Part shown: positions 27,671 to 41,658 of the stretch, one piece after another
Numbering within the stretch: position 1 is the stretch's first letter
How the letters are laid out: each line of letters opens with the position of its first letter
DNA from: the human T2T-CHM13v2.0 reference genome, Homo sapiens
Assembly (NCBI RefSeq): GCF_009914755.1
Contig: NC_060947.1
Reading direction: 5' to 3' (one strand)
DNA: 64,000 nucleotides
Program-made: the position numbers and the translations under genes
Notes under the pieces: model-generated
The model's input: the letters and a program-made list of their open reading frames with translations, nothing else
What the model was told of the DNA's origin: nothing
The model's database searches: none

Positions 27671-28176
27671 CCAAAAAATATATTCATTGCTAATAAGCTG
27701 ATAATCTATAACATTTGTACTAATAATGCATTAGTCTTCCCTTTATAAACTATGTGGATGTATGGGGCGGGGTGGAGTGGGATGGGGGGTCTTGGGCCTT
27801 GTTGTCTGAGGGTGCTTGGGCATCTCAAGGCATAAAAAATGATCTGGAATTCATCCTAGTGGTTGCCTGTGGGAAAGAAGTGAACAGAATGAGATTGGGC
27901 AGGGACTAAAATAAACAAAGGGCTCTTCAACTTTACATGCAAACTTTTGTTTTTTAAATATGAAAATGTTAACATTTGTTGATTCTGGGTAGCAAGATGG
28001 GAGCCCTGGAAGATGGCATGACAGAGTACCTCTCTGACAAACTCACCCTGAGTGACAGTGACATAATGGGAATGGGCTGGCATCTCCATAGACTTCGTAG
28101 TAAATCCCTATAGTCACCAGTGCTGGGCATCTGTACTATTTCTACCAATAAAGTAGTTATATATACATATATATTA

Positions 28177-29108
<932 letters not shown>

Positions 29109-29655
29109 CATATGCATAGATTTAATTTTTGTTTATATATATTTCATATTTATTTATTTAAATATATGCATTTATTCTACCAGCAGCGGACTTTATTTTG
29201 AATCTCAAGACAAGATTCTGAATTTTTGTCTTCCTAAGATAGCCTTTGCTCAAAGCAGTTCAGTGATTGTGTTATTGAAAATGATATAGCTGCTTTCTAG
29301 GTCTTTTCTGAGCCTGCTTTTATTTCTGTGCTTAGGTTTTATGTATCTAATTTCTATTTGGTTTTCGTTGCTTGCTACCAAGAGAAACTTAGCTAATATG
29401 TCTTATTATCAATGCACCTTTATCTGACTCTATTATAATTATTTATAGTGAAGTGAATAGCTCCTCTGGGGTAGCAAATGACATTTTTCTCTTTATTCCT
29501 AGTAGAGTCTGTTGAAAGGGAAAAGTATGAAAAAATGAAAAGGATAAAATAAAAACAATTGTCTCCATGAAAATAGAAGTGAATGCTGCTATCACAACCA
29601 CCCCATCTCACTTGGAAGTGTGGTTCCATCATAATTTATGGGGTTTTAAACCAGC

Positions 29656-29927
29656 TTTTTTTTTTTTTTTATGAGACAGAGTCTCACCCTGCCACCCAGG
29701 CTGGAGTGCAGTGGCACCATCATGGTTCACTACATCCCCACTTCAGCCTCCTGAGTAGCTGGGACTATTGGCCCACGCCACCACACTTGGCTAATTTGTG
29801 TATTTCTTGTAAAGATGTGGTTTTCCCATGTTGCCCAAGCTGGTCTCAAACTCCTGGACTCAAGAGATCCTTTCACCTTGGCATCCCGAAATGCTAGCAT
29901 TATAGGCATCAGCCACTGTGCCCAGTC
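29656..29927 (-). mobile_element. AluJ with a small internal deletion
   Basis: Reverse dimer, 'ctcctggactcaagagatcc'. TSD ttaaaccag. Confidence 0.9.
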
Positions 29928-30014
29928 TTAAACCAGGTTTATTAGACTCTGTTCTCTATCATCATGTCGCACAAAATAGCAATAGGTGTTCAGTGAAAAA
30001 ATGGATTCATGGCA

Positions 30015-30200
30015 ATATTTTAGATATATTTGTATTTATATATTTCATGTATTTATATTTACATATTTTATTATATGTAATCTATAATATTTTATTATAT
30101 ATAATTTATAAAATTTTATTATAATATGCAATATAATTTATTATATATTATTTTATATATAAACATATAAGTATTTACATATTTTATACATATTTAGAAA
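30015..30200. repeat. AT-rich low-complexity tract
   Basis: Nearly pure A/T with tata repeats. Confidence 0.85.
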
Positions 30201-32237
30201 ATATTTGTGTTAATTGATTTAGCAAGATTTTTTGTTTGTTTTGTTTTCAGTTTATATTTTTTACTCTAGGAATTTTTGATCTTCAGTATAAAAACATACA
30301 TTGTGAATTTACAAAAAGCAGATAAAATATTCAGCATTTCCCCAACTTCCTAATCATGAGATGTTTTTTCTACCAAATTTTACAGAATAATGCTCCAAAG
30401 AAAGTAACTCAGGAAATAACATCAAAGAATCTCATGGCGTGTTATTCCAGAAGCATATACCTGGCAGCTTAACGGCTCTTTCACTGAGAAGTCATTATGC
30501 AAAACTTTCCTTTGCTGTGAAAATTCCAGCACAGTAAATTTCAAAGCAAAAAGTGGAATTCAAGGCCCTCAGCATGAGAGTGTGTAGATGACACACACAA
30601 CTATTTTGTTTCCTGATGGATTACTCCTAACACTATATAATTTTTCTGTTACCCTTTAATTTTCATTTTTAAACGAATGGTTTCTGGGAAAGATGACATT
30701 GATATTTATCCAATACTTAAAGTAGAGAAATGGTTCAGGGCTCCCATGTAGCTTATATTCTCATCTTCCTCTACCTATATATTCATCTAATCAGCAGAAA
30801 GTTGTTCCTTTTGATTTTCCAGAACACACTGCTGAATTTTGACCAGTAATACACCCTTTGGTCAAAAGCAGTTAGTGCCTGCATTTTATTTATTTATTTT
30901 TATTTTTTGGAAAATGTATAGCTGCTCCTTCTTTCATCAAAGCATGCTGAAATTCCCCGAAATTCATTAAACTATGGGAAAAAAAATAAGGCACATATGC
31001 CACACAGCATTTTAATAATAAAGCTCTAGACATTAAGTAAATAAGTACTATGCAGCATCTTACATGCCACCTCTTTCCTCCAGTAGAGATTATCAGCATT
31101 TTCTATGTCACTATTCAATTTTGGATGGACATTCTTTTGCAGTGCATTCCTCTCTAGGTTCAGCAAAGGACACGTTAAGCTTCTCTCCAGCCCTAAAATG
31201 CATGTTATAATTCTATAAATTGAAACTGTGTTATTCCCAAACAATATTGGGCATGAGGAGACACCAAATCATAAACTCTTGCAGCTGCTTTAATTTAAAT
31301 GTATCCTCATAGCTACTTCCAGGTATGCTTATATTCTTATAATTCCAATGAATTTGGTAAAGTACTTATTTTATTCCCAAGCAGCCATTAACATAACAGA
31401 AAACTACTATTTTCTTAATATGGAAAATATGTAATCATTTTTATAAATGATTATTTTATGCCTGAAAATAACAAGATGATTAAAAATGCTTCTTCACAAG
31501 AGCAGTGTTTCAGTCTGGCCTATCTTACTAACCACAAATTTAATTTCATGTGTCTGCTCTTTGGCTGTTTAATTCAACAAGCATTTGTTCTTAATAAATG
31601 AGTTGGTGCTGGGGAGTCAAAGTTAAATGAGACATGTACTTGGCCCAGTTAAGTGAGATGTATTAGCAGTTTGCCAATTTTTTAAGAATAAAACACACGT
31701 CCAATACGAGGTTATTTTAATGAACAATTAAATCAAGAGTGAATCTAGGAAGTGTCTTCATTTATATTTTTCCACTTCATCTTTATCAAAGAAGTAATAC
31801 TACACAATCATTCAACAAACTTTCGCAAACAATAATGAAATAATTTTTATAAGGTTTGAGGAAGAATATAGGCCAATTGCTCTTTATATCAAAACAGTGG
31901 ACTTCAAACAAATCTAAAGCATCATCGTAATGACAATTATCTGAGTAATTTATATAATGTGGAAATAATGTATGAAGGAACTACCTATTCCTGATAATGA
32001 GGGATGTTACCTCATGTCACCCTATGTCCATTTACATTCAATGTAATTACTATTGTCATTCGTTAATTGTTTTCTGATTGATTTGTAGACACTTCGTTCT
32101 TTTCTTCCTCTATTGTTGTCTTTGCTTTGTGGTTACCACAAGGATTAAAATAAATAAATAAATAATAAATAAATAAAATAAATAAAAATAAACAAAAAAA
32201 CCTTATAGTTTAAAAAGGCCACATTAGAAAAAAACAC

Positions 32238-35200
32238 TTTCTTTTTAAGTTCAGGGGTACATGTGCATGTCCGTTATATAGGCAAACTCGTGGCATGGGG
32301 GTTTGTTGTACCAATTATTTCATCACCCAAGTACTAAGACTAGTACCCCATAGTTATTTTTTTCTGATCCTTTTCCTCCTCCTACCCTCCAACTTCAAGT
32401 AGTCCCCAGTGTTTCTTGTGCCTCTCTTTGTGTCCATATGTTCTCACCCTTTAGCTCCCACTTATAAGTGAGAAAATGTAGTTTTGGTTTTCTGTTCCCG
32501 CATTAGTTTGCTAAGGATAGTGGTCTCCAATTCCATCCATGTTCCTGCAAAGGACATGATCTTGTTCTTTTTTATGGCTGCATGGTATACCATGAGGTAT
32601 ATGTATCGCATTTTCTTTATCCAGTCATCCATTGATGGGAATTTAGGTTGAATCTATGTGTTTGTCACGTGCACGTGTCTTTATGGTAGGACAATGTATA
32701 TTCCTGAGGGTATATACCCAGTAATGGGATAGCTGGGTTGAATGGTAGTTCTGTTTTTAGATCTTTCAGGAAGTGCCACACTGCTTTCCACAATGGTTGA
32801 ACTCATTGACGCTCTCACCAACAGTGTGTAAGCGTTCTCTTTTCTCCACAAGCTCATCAGAATCTGTTATTTTTTGACTTTTTAGTAATAGTTATTGTGA
32901 TCAATGTGAGGTGTTATCTCATTGTGGTTTTTATTTGCATGTATCTAATGATCTGTGATATTGAGCTTTTCTCCATATGCTTGCTGGCTGCACCTGTGTC
33001 TTCTTTTGAAAAATATCTGTTCATGTCATTTGCCCATTTGTAATGGGGTTGTTTGATTTTTTTTTCTTGTAAATTTGTTTAAGTTTCTTATAGATGCTGG
33101 ATATTGGACTTTTGCCAGATGCATAGTTTGCAGATATTTTCTTGCTTTCTGTAGGTTGTCTGCTTATTGAGAGTTTCTTTTGCTGTGAAGAAGCTCTTTA
33201 GTATAATAGGGCCCATTTGGCAATATTCGTCTTTGTTGCAATTGCTATTGGCGTCTTCATTATGACATCTTTGCCAGTTTCTAAGTCCAGAAAGGTATTG
33301 CCTAGGTTGTCTTCCAGGGTTCTTATAGTTTTGAGTTTTCCTTTAAGTCTTTAATCCATCTTGAGTTGATATTTGTACATAGTGTAAGTAAGGGGTCCAG
33401 TTTCAGTCATCTGCTTATGGCTGGCCAGTTATCTCAGCACCATTTATTGAATAGTGTGTCACTTCCTCATTGCTTGTTTTGTCTGCTTTGTGGAAGATCA
33501 GATGTATGTAGGTTTGCAGAATTATTTCCGGGCTCTCCATTCTGTTCCTTTGTTCTATGTGTCTGTTTTTGTGCCAGTACCATGTTGTTTTGGTTACTAT
33601 AGCTCTGGGGTATAATTTGAGGTCAAGTATATGATACTTCCAGCTTTGTTCCTTTTGCTTAGGATTGCCCTGGGTATTCAAGCTCTTTTGAGGTTCCATA
33701 TAAATTTTAAAATGTTTTGTAGTTTCATGAATTTATTTTAAGGAATAGAATAGAATCTGTAAGTTGCTTTAAACAGCATGGCAATTTTAACAATATTTAT
33801 TCTTCCTGTCCATGAGCATTGAAAGTTTTTCCATGGTTTTGTCACCCCTGATATCTTTGAGCAGTGTTTTGTAATACTCATCGTGGAGATCTTTAACATC
33901 CATTGCTAGCTGTATTTGTAAGTATTTTATTTTTTTAAGGCAATTGTGAATGGGATTTCATTCTTGATTTGGCTCTGAGCTTGGCTATTGTTGGTGTATA
34001 AGAATGCTAGTAATTTCAGTACATTGATTTTGTATCCTGAAATTTGCTGAAGTTATCAGCTCAAGGAACTTTTGGGCTGAGACTATGTGATTTTCTAGAT
34101 ATAGAATCATGTCATCTCTAAACCGAGATAGTTTGACTTCCTCTCATTCTATCTGGATGCGCTTTCTTTCTTTCTCTTGCCTGATTGCTCTGGACAGAAC
34201 TTATAATATGTTGAATAAGAATGATGAGAAAGGGCATCCTTGTCTTGTGCCAGTTTTCAAGGAGAATGCTTCCAGCTTTTGACCATTCAGCATGATATTG
34301 GGTGTGGGTTTGTCATAGACGGCTCTTATTATTTTGAGGTTTGTTTCTTCAATGCCTAGTTTGTGAAGAGTTTTTAACATAAAGAAATGTTGAATTTTAT
34401 TGAAAGCCTTTTCTGCATCTATTAAGATAATCATGTGGTTTTTGTCTTTAGTTCTACTTATGTGATGAATCACATTTATTGATTTGCATATGTTGAAACA
34501 ACCTTGCATCCCAGGGATAAAGCCTGCTTGATCATGGTTGATTAGCCTTTTGATGTGCTGCTGGATTTGGTTTGCCAGTATTTTGTTGAGGATTTTTCCA
34601 TCAATGTTCATCAAGGATATTGGCCTGAAGTTTTCTTTTTTGTTGTGTCTCCACCAGCTTTTCGTATTAGGATGATGCTGGTCTCATATAATGAGTTGAG
34701 GAGGAGTCTCTCCCACTGAATTTTTTTGAATAGTTTTGGTAGGAGTTGTACCAGCTTTTCATCATACATTTACATCATACATCTACATCGTAGAATTGGC
34801 TATGAATCCATCTGGTCCTGGGCTTTTTTAGGTCCATAGGTTATTTTATTAGTGATTCAATCTTGTTGCCCATTATTGGTCTGTTTGGGGATTCAATTTC
34901 TTCTTGGTTTAGTGTTAGGAGAGTTTATGTTTTCTGGAATTCATTCATTATTTCTAGATTTTCTAGTTTGTGCTCATAGAGGTGTCCAAAGTAGTATCTG
35001 ATGGTGATTTTTATTCCTGTTGGGTCAGTAGTGGCAAACCTTTTATCGTTTCTAATTATGTTTATTTGGATCTTCCATCTTTTTTTCTTTATAATCTAGC
35101 TAGCAACCTATCATTTTTTTTTTCAAAAATCTAGCTCCTGGCTTTGTTGATCTTTTTAATGATTTCCTGGTCCTCAATCTCCTTCAGTTCAGCTCTGATT

Positions 35201-38200
35201 TTGGTTCTGTCTTGTCTTCTGCTAGCTTTGGGGTTGCTTTGCTCTGGTTTCTCTAGTTATTTTAGTTATGCTGTTAGGTTGTTAATTTGAGATCTTTCTA
35301 ATGTTTTAATGTGAGTGCTTAATGCTATACATTTCCTTTTTAACACTGCCTTAGCTGTGTCCCAGAGATCCTGCTATGTTTTATCCTTGTTCTCATTAGT
35401 TTCAAACAACTTCTTGTTTTCTGGCTGAATTTTATTATTTACCCAAAAGTCTTTCACGAGTAGATTGTTGAATTTCCATGTAATTGTACGGTTTTCAGCA
35501 ATTTTCTCAGTCTGGATTTCTATTTTTATTGTGTTGTAGTCTGAGAGAGTGTTTGGTGTGAATTCAGTTCTTTTTCACTTGCTGAGGATAGTTTTATCTC
35601 CAAAGTGTGGTTGATTTTAGAATATGTACCATGTAACAATGAGAAGAATGTATATTCATTGTTTTGGAGTGGAGAGTTCCATAGACATGCATCAGGTCCA
35701 TTTGGTCCAGTGTTGAGTTTAGGTCCTAAATATATTGGTTAATTTTCTACCTTGATAATCTATATAATGCACTCAGTGGGGTGTTGAAGTTTCCCACTAT
35801 TGTTGTGTGGGAGTGTAAGCCTCTTTCAAGGTCTCTTAGAATTTGCTTTATGAATCTGGGTACTCTTGTGTTGGGTGTATATATATTTAGAATAGTTAAG
35901 TCTTCTTGTTGAATTGAACCTTTTACCATTATTTAATGCCCTTCTTTGTTGTCTTTGATCTTTGTTGGTTTAAAGACTGTTTTGTCTGAAATTAGGATTG
36001 CAACTACTACTTTTTTTCTGTTTTCCATTTTCTTTGTTGGATTTTCTTCATCCCTTTATTTTGAGTCTATGGGTGTCATTGCATGTGAGATGGGTCTCTT
36101 GAAGATAGCATGGCCTTTGGTCTTGCTTCTATATCCACCTTGCCACTCTGTGCCTTTTAAATGGGGCATTTAGCCCATTTACATTCAAGGTTTCTATTGA
36201 AATGTGTGGATTTGATCATGTAATCATGTTGTTAGCTGTTTACTATTCTGACTTCTTGTGTGGTTGCTTCATAGTGTCACTGGTCTGTGTACTTAAGTGT
36301 TTCTATATTGGATGGTAATGGTTTTTATTTTCCATAATTAGTGCTTCTTTCAGAAACTCTGGTAAGGCAGGTTTGGTGGTCATGAATTCCTTCAACATTT
36401 GCTTATCTGAAAAGGATCTTAATTCTTCTTCTCTTATGAAGCTTAGTTTGGCTGGATATGAAATTCCGAATTGTAATTTTTTTTCTTTAATAAAATTTAA
36501 TGTAAGTCTCCCGTCTCTTCTGGCTTGTACTGTTTCTGCTGAGATGTCTACTGATAGTCTCATGGGCTTCCCTTGGTAGGTGGCCTGTCCTTTCTCTCTA
36601 GCTGCCTTTAACATTTTTTCTTTAATTTTGTCTTTAAAGAATCTGATGATTATGTGTCTTGGGGATGATCTTCTTGTGAATTATTTTGCAGAGTTTTTCT
36701 GCATTTTCTGAATTTGAATGTTGGGCTCTGTAGCTAGGTTTGGGAAATTCTGATGGATGATTTCCTTAAATGTCTTTTTCAAATGTCGTCCATTCTCCCC
36801 ATCTCTTTCAGGAATGCCGATGAATCACAGATACAGACTCTTTACATAATCCCACATTTCTCAGAGGTTTTGTTCATTGCTTTTTATTCTGTTTTCTTTA
36901 TTCTTATCTGGCTATCTTATTTCAGAAAGCCAGTCTTCAAGCTCAGAGATTATTTACTCAGCTTGGTCTATTCTACTGGTAATATCTGTGATTGCATTAT
37001 AAAATTCTGGTAGTGTGTTTTTCATTTCTATCAGGTCAGTTACATCCTTTTCCTTATAGGCTATTTTGTCTCTTGGGTCTTGTATCATTTTACAGTGATT
37101 CTTAACTTCCTTGAATTGTGTTTCAATGTTCTCCTGAATCTCAATAATCTTCATTCCTATCCATATTTTGAATTCTATTTCTGTCATTTCAGCCATCTCA
37201 GCTTAGTTCATAACCCTTCTTGTAGAGCTAGTATGGTCATTAGGAAGAAAGAAGGCACTCTGACTTTTTGAGTTGTCAGAGTTCTTGTACTGGTTCTTTC
37301 TCATCTTTGTGGGCTGACGGTCCTTCAGTCTTTGAAGTTGCCCTCCTTTGATGTTTATTTTTCCTCTTTATTCTATTTGATTCCCTTGGTGGTTTGATAG
37401 TGATATAAGGTGGGTTCAGTCGACTGACTTTATTTCTGAAATCTTTTAGTCAGGAGATAAGGCTCAGCTCAAGAATCCTGGACTGCATGCTTTAACTCTG
37501 GGTGAATGTTATTCAGTCCTTGCTTTGTTCTATGGCCCCTCAACATTGGGAACCTGGAGTGATAGAGAGGCCAAGGTGCTCCCAGGCCGCTGGTCACAAC
37601 ACTTCAATGGGTGGTGCCACCCAAAGCACTTAGCAGGGAGGTGGCAGCGAGACCAGTTCTCATTTGCTTGTGCTGGTGGCAGTGCAGTGGAGTGCACTCC
37701 CATTGGCTGCTGCAGTGTGCTAGCAAGTGCTAGGGTACTGGCCTCTGTGCAGGCTTTCACAGTAGTGGTTGATGTTAGCATGGCACAGAGGGGCAGGGTG
37801 CCCCAGCTAGTGTCCATGCAACCATTTGTGCCAGTGTTGGTGTCAGCATGTGGGTGAGGTGCTGGTAGACACAGGGTTGTGTGCACCCTCTGTTGCCATT
37901 CAAACGGCTGCTGTAGGGGGAGCTGCTGTGGGTGAAGGTGGTGGGTCCACTGTTCACCATGCCTAGTTTCGCACTGGTGGCAATGTTGGGACAGAACATT
38001 GGCGAGTGAGGCTAGTGTACTCCATGCCCACCAATGCTCCTATGGCAACGCCAGTGCAGTGGGGGTGAGGAGGCAGCAGAGTGCACTCACACCTGCAGCA
38101 GTGGCACGGCAGAGTGCATATGCACACAAGTGCTGGCAGGGAAGGGGAGGCCAGGTCCTTTTGTGCACATATGCACTGGCAAAGTCATTTGGGGTGGCTG

Positions 38201-38743
38201 TGGGCAAGTGCATGCAGACAAATTGTCACAGAGAAGGCTGCAGTGCAGGGAGAGTGCTGGCAGGCTGGTGTGTGTCCTCAGGCACCTCTCTGCTGAAGCT
38301 CTCTGCCAGTGAGGTGCATTCCACCAGCGCAGGAGGTATGATGTGGGCCCCCAGGAGGTACTCCTCCCCTGTGCACCTGAGGTTGCACTGCAAGCAGGCA
38401 TGGCCAGGCTGGGGCCTTGGGACAGGCAAGCAGACTGAAGGGTGCTCAGTTCAGCCCAGCCTCATCTCACGGGCAAGACCTCCCTACAGAGTTGAGGTCT
38501 GACAGTTCCCCTGGGCTAAAGTTTCTTATAGCAGCAAGTCGAGCCTAGGGAAATAGGTGTCCCTTCCTGTGCTCCACTATAGACACTCCCACACCAAACC
38601 CTCTGGGCTCTACCCTGTCTGGAGTTCTGCCCTTGCCCCTTCTCTAAGCAGCGCTCCCTGCCAACTCAAGTGTCTACGGTGGTCATGAGCTATCCTTCTG
38701 CCAGGATTCCAGAGGCCTTTGGTGAGAGTGAGTTGCTCCTTGC
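32238..38743 (-). mobile_element. Near full-length (~6.5 kb) inactive LINE-1, L1PA15/16-like
   Basis: 3'UTR at 32240. ORF2 RT remnant 34201-34614 ([37 protein letters not shown]). EN remnant 35747-35929. ORF1 remnants 36303-36614 and 36954-37196. GC-rich 5'UTR ~37440-38743. Many stops and frameshifts. Confidence 0.93.
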
Positions 38744-41658
38744 TAAAAGAGGCTATTTTAAGCTGATAACAGCTGAACTTTGATCACATACAAAAACTTT
38801 ACACTTTTACCTTCTCACACATTAAAAATGTGTTACGTCACAATTTATGTCTTTTTATATTCTGTATCTGTGATGGTTAATATTAAGTGTCAAACTGACT
38901 GGTTTGAAGGATACAAAGTATTGTTTCTGGGTGATTCTGGGTGTTGCCTGCAGAGATTAACATTTGAGTCAGTGGACTGGGAGAGGAAGACCCCCGCCTC
39001 AGGAAGACCCACTCACAATGTTGCGTTGGGGGGGGGGGGAGGCACCATCCAACCAGCTGCCAGCACAGCTAGAAAAAGCAGGTAGAAGAAAGTGGAAGAA
39101 GCTGATTTTTTGAGTCTTCCAGCCTTCATTTTTCCCCTGTGCTGGATGCTTCCTGTCCTCAAACATCAGACTCCAAGTTCGCTGGCTTTGGACTCTTGGA
39201 CTTACACCAGTGTTTTGCCAGGGGCTCTTAGGCCGTTGGCCACAGACTGAAGGCTGCACAGTCAGCTTCCTTAATTTTGAGGTTTTGGGACTTGGACTAT
39301 GCCACTACTGGCTTCCTTGCTCCTCAACTTATAGATGGCTTATTGTGAGACTTCACTTTGTGAACTTGTGGGTTGATTCACCGTAATAAACTGCCCTTCA
39401 TATATACATATATACATATATCTTATTAGTTCTGTCCCTCTAGAGAAACCTGACTAATGCAATGTCCCTTAAGAAATTATAATAGCTATTTTTATTTTTA
39501 ATAGTTTTATTTTGAAGCTTTCATACTGAAGAATAATGGTGGTCACGTACAAACCACCATTACGATGTTATAATGGTATTCTAAATTTGACTACGTACTT
39601 TTTCTCCGGTGAGTTTTATACTTTCATATTTTTTTTTGTTACTAATTTGCATCAGGTTCTTTTCGTGTGAAGAAGTCTCTTTAGCATTTCTTGTAAGGCA
39701 GGTCTGATTGTGATGAACTTTCTCAGTTTCTGTTTGTCTGAGAAAGTCTTTATCTCCCTTTGATTCTGAAGGACATCTTTGACAGATATGGTATTCTTCG
39801 TCGACTTTTTTTTTTCTTCAGCACTTTTGATATATCATCCCACTGTCTCCTGGCCTATAAGCTTTCTGTTGAGAAATCTGCTACTAACCTCAAACTTCCT
39901 TATATGTTATGTCCTTCTTTTCTCTTGCTGCTTTCAGGATTCTCTTTTTGTCCTTGATTTTTGACAGTTTGATTATAATATGTCTTTGCATCATCTTGTT
40001 TGGATTGAATCTGTTTGGAAACCCTTAATCTTTCTGTACTGGAATATTCATATATTTCTCCAAATTTGCAGAGCGTTCTGCTATTATAGCTTTAAATGAG
40101 CTTTCTACGTCTTTGTCTTTTTTTCTCCTTACATTGATGCGTGCTCTTTTGAAAACGTAAAGACTTATTCTAGTCTTTACAGACTGGCTTTGTCTGGGCG
40201 AGCCCTCTGCTTGTCGGCCCATCCAGAGATTCTGGGTAGGCTGCCTGGCATGTCTGGAGGTAGGCTTGCTGCTGGAGTCATTGTGCAGCCTGGCCTCTGG
40301 TGTCTTGGTCAGCAGGTGGGAAAGCCTGGCACTTGAGTATGCAGCATTAGTTCTGAATCCTGAATCCACTGGGGTGGACCTGTTAATTGCATTGGTAGAG
40401 ATAGGCCTGAAACCTGGGTCCATTAATATGGGACAAAATCCAGTATGTGTGGAGGCTGGCCTGAAGTCTAGGCCCACAGGGGTTGACATGACATGGGGGT
40501 GGGCCCTTAACTTCAGTTCTCTAAGGCTGGCCTGGCAGTGAGGTGTGTCTGGACCCTAAGTCTGCAAAAGTAGGTCTGGATCTTGGGTCCATGAGGGCTA
40601 GACTGTAGTCTGGGTTTTCAGGGGTGTTCATGCAGTCTCAGTTCACAGGATTCGACCTGACAAAAGGGTTTCCTGGAGTGGTTCTGGACCCTGGGTTTTC
40701 TGGAACAGGCCTAGACCTGGGCCCTCTGGAGCCTCGGTTTGACCTGATGCTGACGCTGGCATGGAGCCGGTTTCTATGGGGACTGCTCTGGAGAGCAGGA
40801 TTGTGGGTGTTAGCCTGGATCCTATGTCCACTGATGCTGGCCTGGGGGCTTGTTGTGCAGGTGCTAGCCTAGAGGCTAGGTCCGTGAAGGCTTGCCTGGG
40901 GTCTGAGACTGTGGGGGATGGCCAGGGACCTGGGTGCACACGTGCCAGTCCAGAATTGTGATCTACTGGGACTGGCCTGGATCCTGTTTCTGCTGGATCA
41001 GGCCTAATCCCTGGGTTGCTAGAACATAGTGCCACAGGTGCCAGTCTGGAGGCTTGGGCCAGAGAGACCAGCCTGGCACTGGGAAGGCTTGGAATCTGTG
41101 TCTCTGAGTGTCCACCTGGTATTTGAGGTTGGGCTGTGGACTTGGCTGAGAATAGTCCAGAGCCTGGGGCCACTGGGTTTAGGCTGGCAGTGGGGTGGCT
41201 CTGAGACAGACTCCATCTAGCATGCCTGGAGCCTGGAACCTGGAACTACAGGATCTGGCCTCGAGCTGAGGTGGCTGGAGGCTCAGACACAGGCACTGTC
41301 TAGAGTCTGGGGCCCTGGAGTTCTGCCTAGCACTGGGTTTTACTGGGGAATTCCCAGTATTGGGGTCCAAAGCTGGGACCATTGCTTACTTCCTTCCCCT
41401 TCCCCCATATGGAGGGTATCTCTTTCCATACTGTGCTACCTTAAGTTGGGAGAGAGGTAAAGAGGGTAACGTGAAGCTGTTCTTCCTACCCTTTTCAATG
41501 TGACTTTTCTTATTTCTTTGATATACTAAGATGCTGTAATCTATCACCTGTCACTTGTGAAGATATATTTGTACATGAATAATTGTTCAAATTTATGCTT
41601 TTGTGGGGGCACAAGTGCTTGAGAATTGCTTGAGAGTCCTATTTGCTGACATTTGTCC
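38744..41658 (-). mobile_element. Old L1M (L1M2/L1M3-type) ORF1 remnant and long GC-rich 5'UTR; its other piece lies at ~32025-32225
   Basis: ORF1-like minus sequence 39660-40130 (FKAIIAERSANLEKYMNIPVQ). 5'UTR with degenerate 'ggcctggagcctgggtccac' units. Ends at 'gagagtcctatttgctgacatttg'. Confidence 0.75.
38869..39461 (+). mobile_element. MLT2A (HERV-L) solo LTR, MLT2A2-like
   Basis: 'tgtgatggttaatattaagtgtcaaac...gagattaacatttgagtcagtggactgggagaggaagaccc...attagttctgtccctctagagaaacctgactaatgca'. AATAAA near 39385. Confidence 0.9.

Noticed and set aside
30837-30867. Inverted repeat ttttgacca...tggtcaaaa
   Set aside because: A 9-bp AT-rich stem is expected by chance in 64 kb, with no other support.
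34201-34614. 137-aa ORF with reverse-transcriptase motifs
   Set aside because: A fragment of dead L1 ORF2 bounded by stops and frameshifts, not an independent RT gene or novel RT system.
37525-38502. Cluster of overlapping 70-167 aa ORFs on both strands
   Set aside because: They lie in the GC-rich 5'UTR of the L1PA15/16 element, where stops are scarce. No recognisable domain.
40025-41382. 154-aa and 176-aa Pro/Ala/Ser-rich ORFs
   Set aside because: Produced by the degenerate GC-rich repeat array of an old L1 5'UTR.
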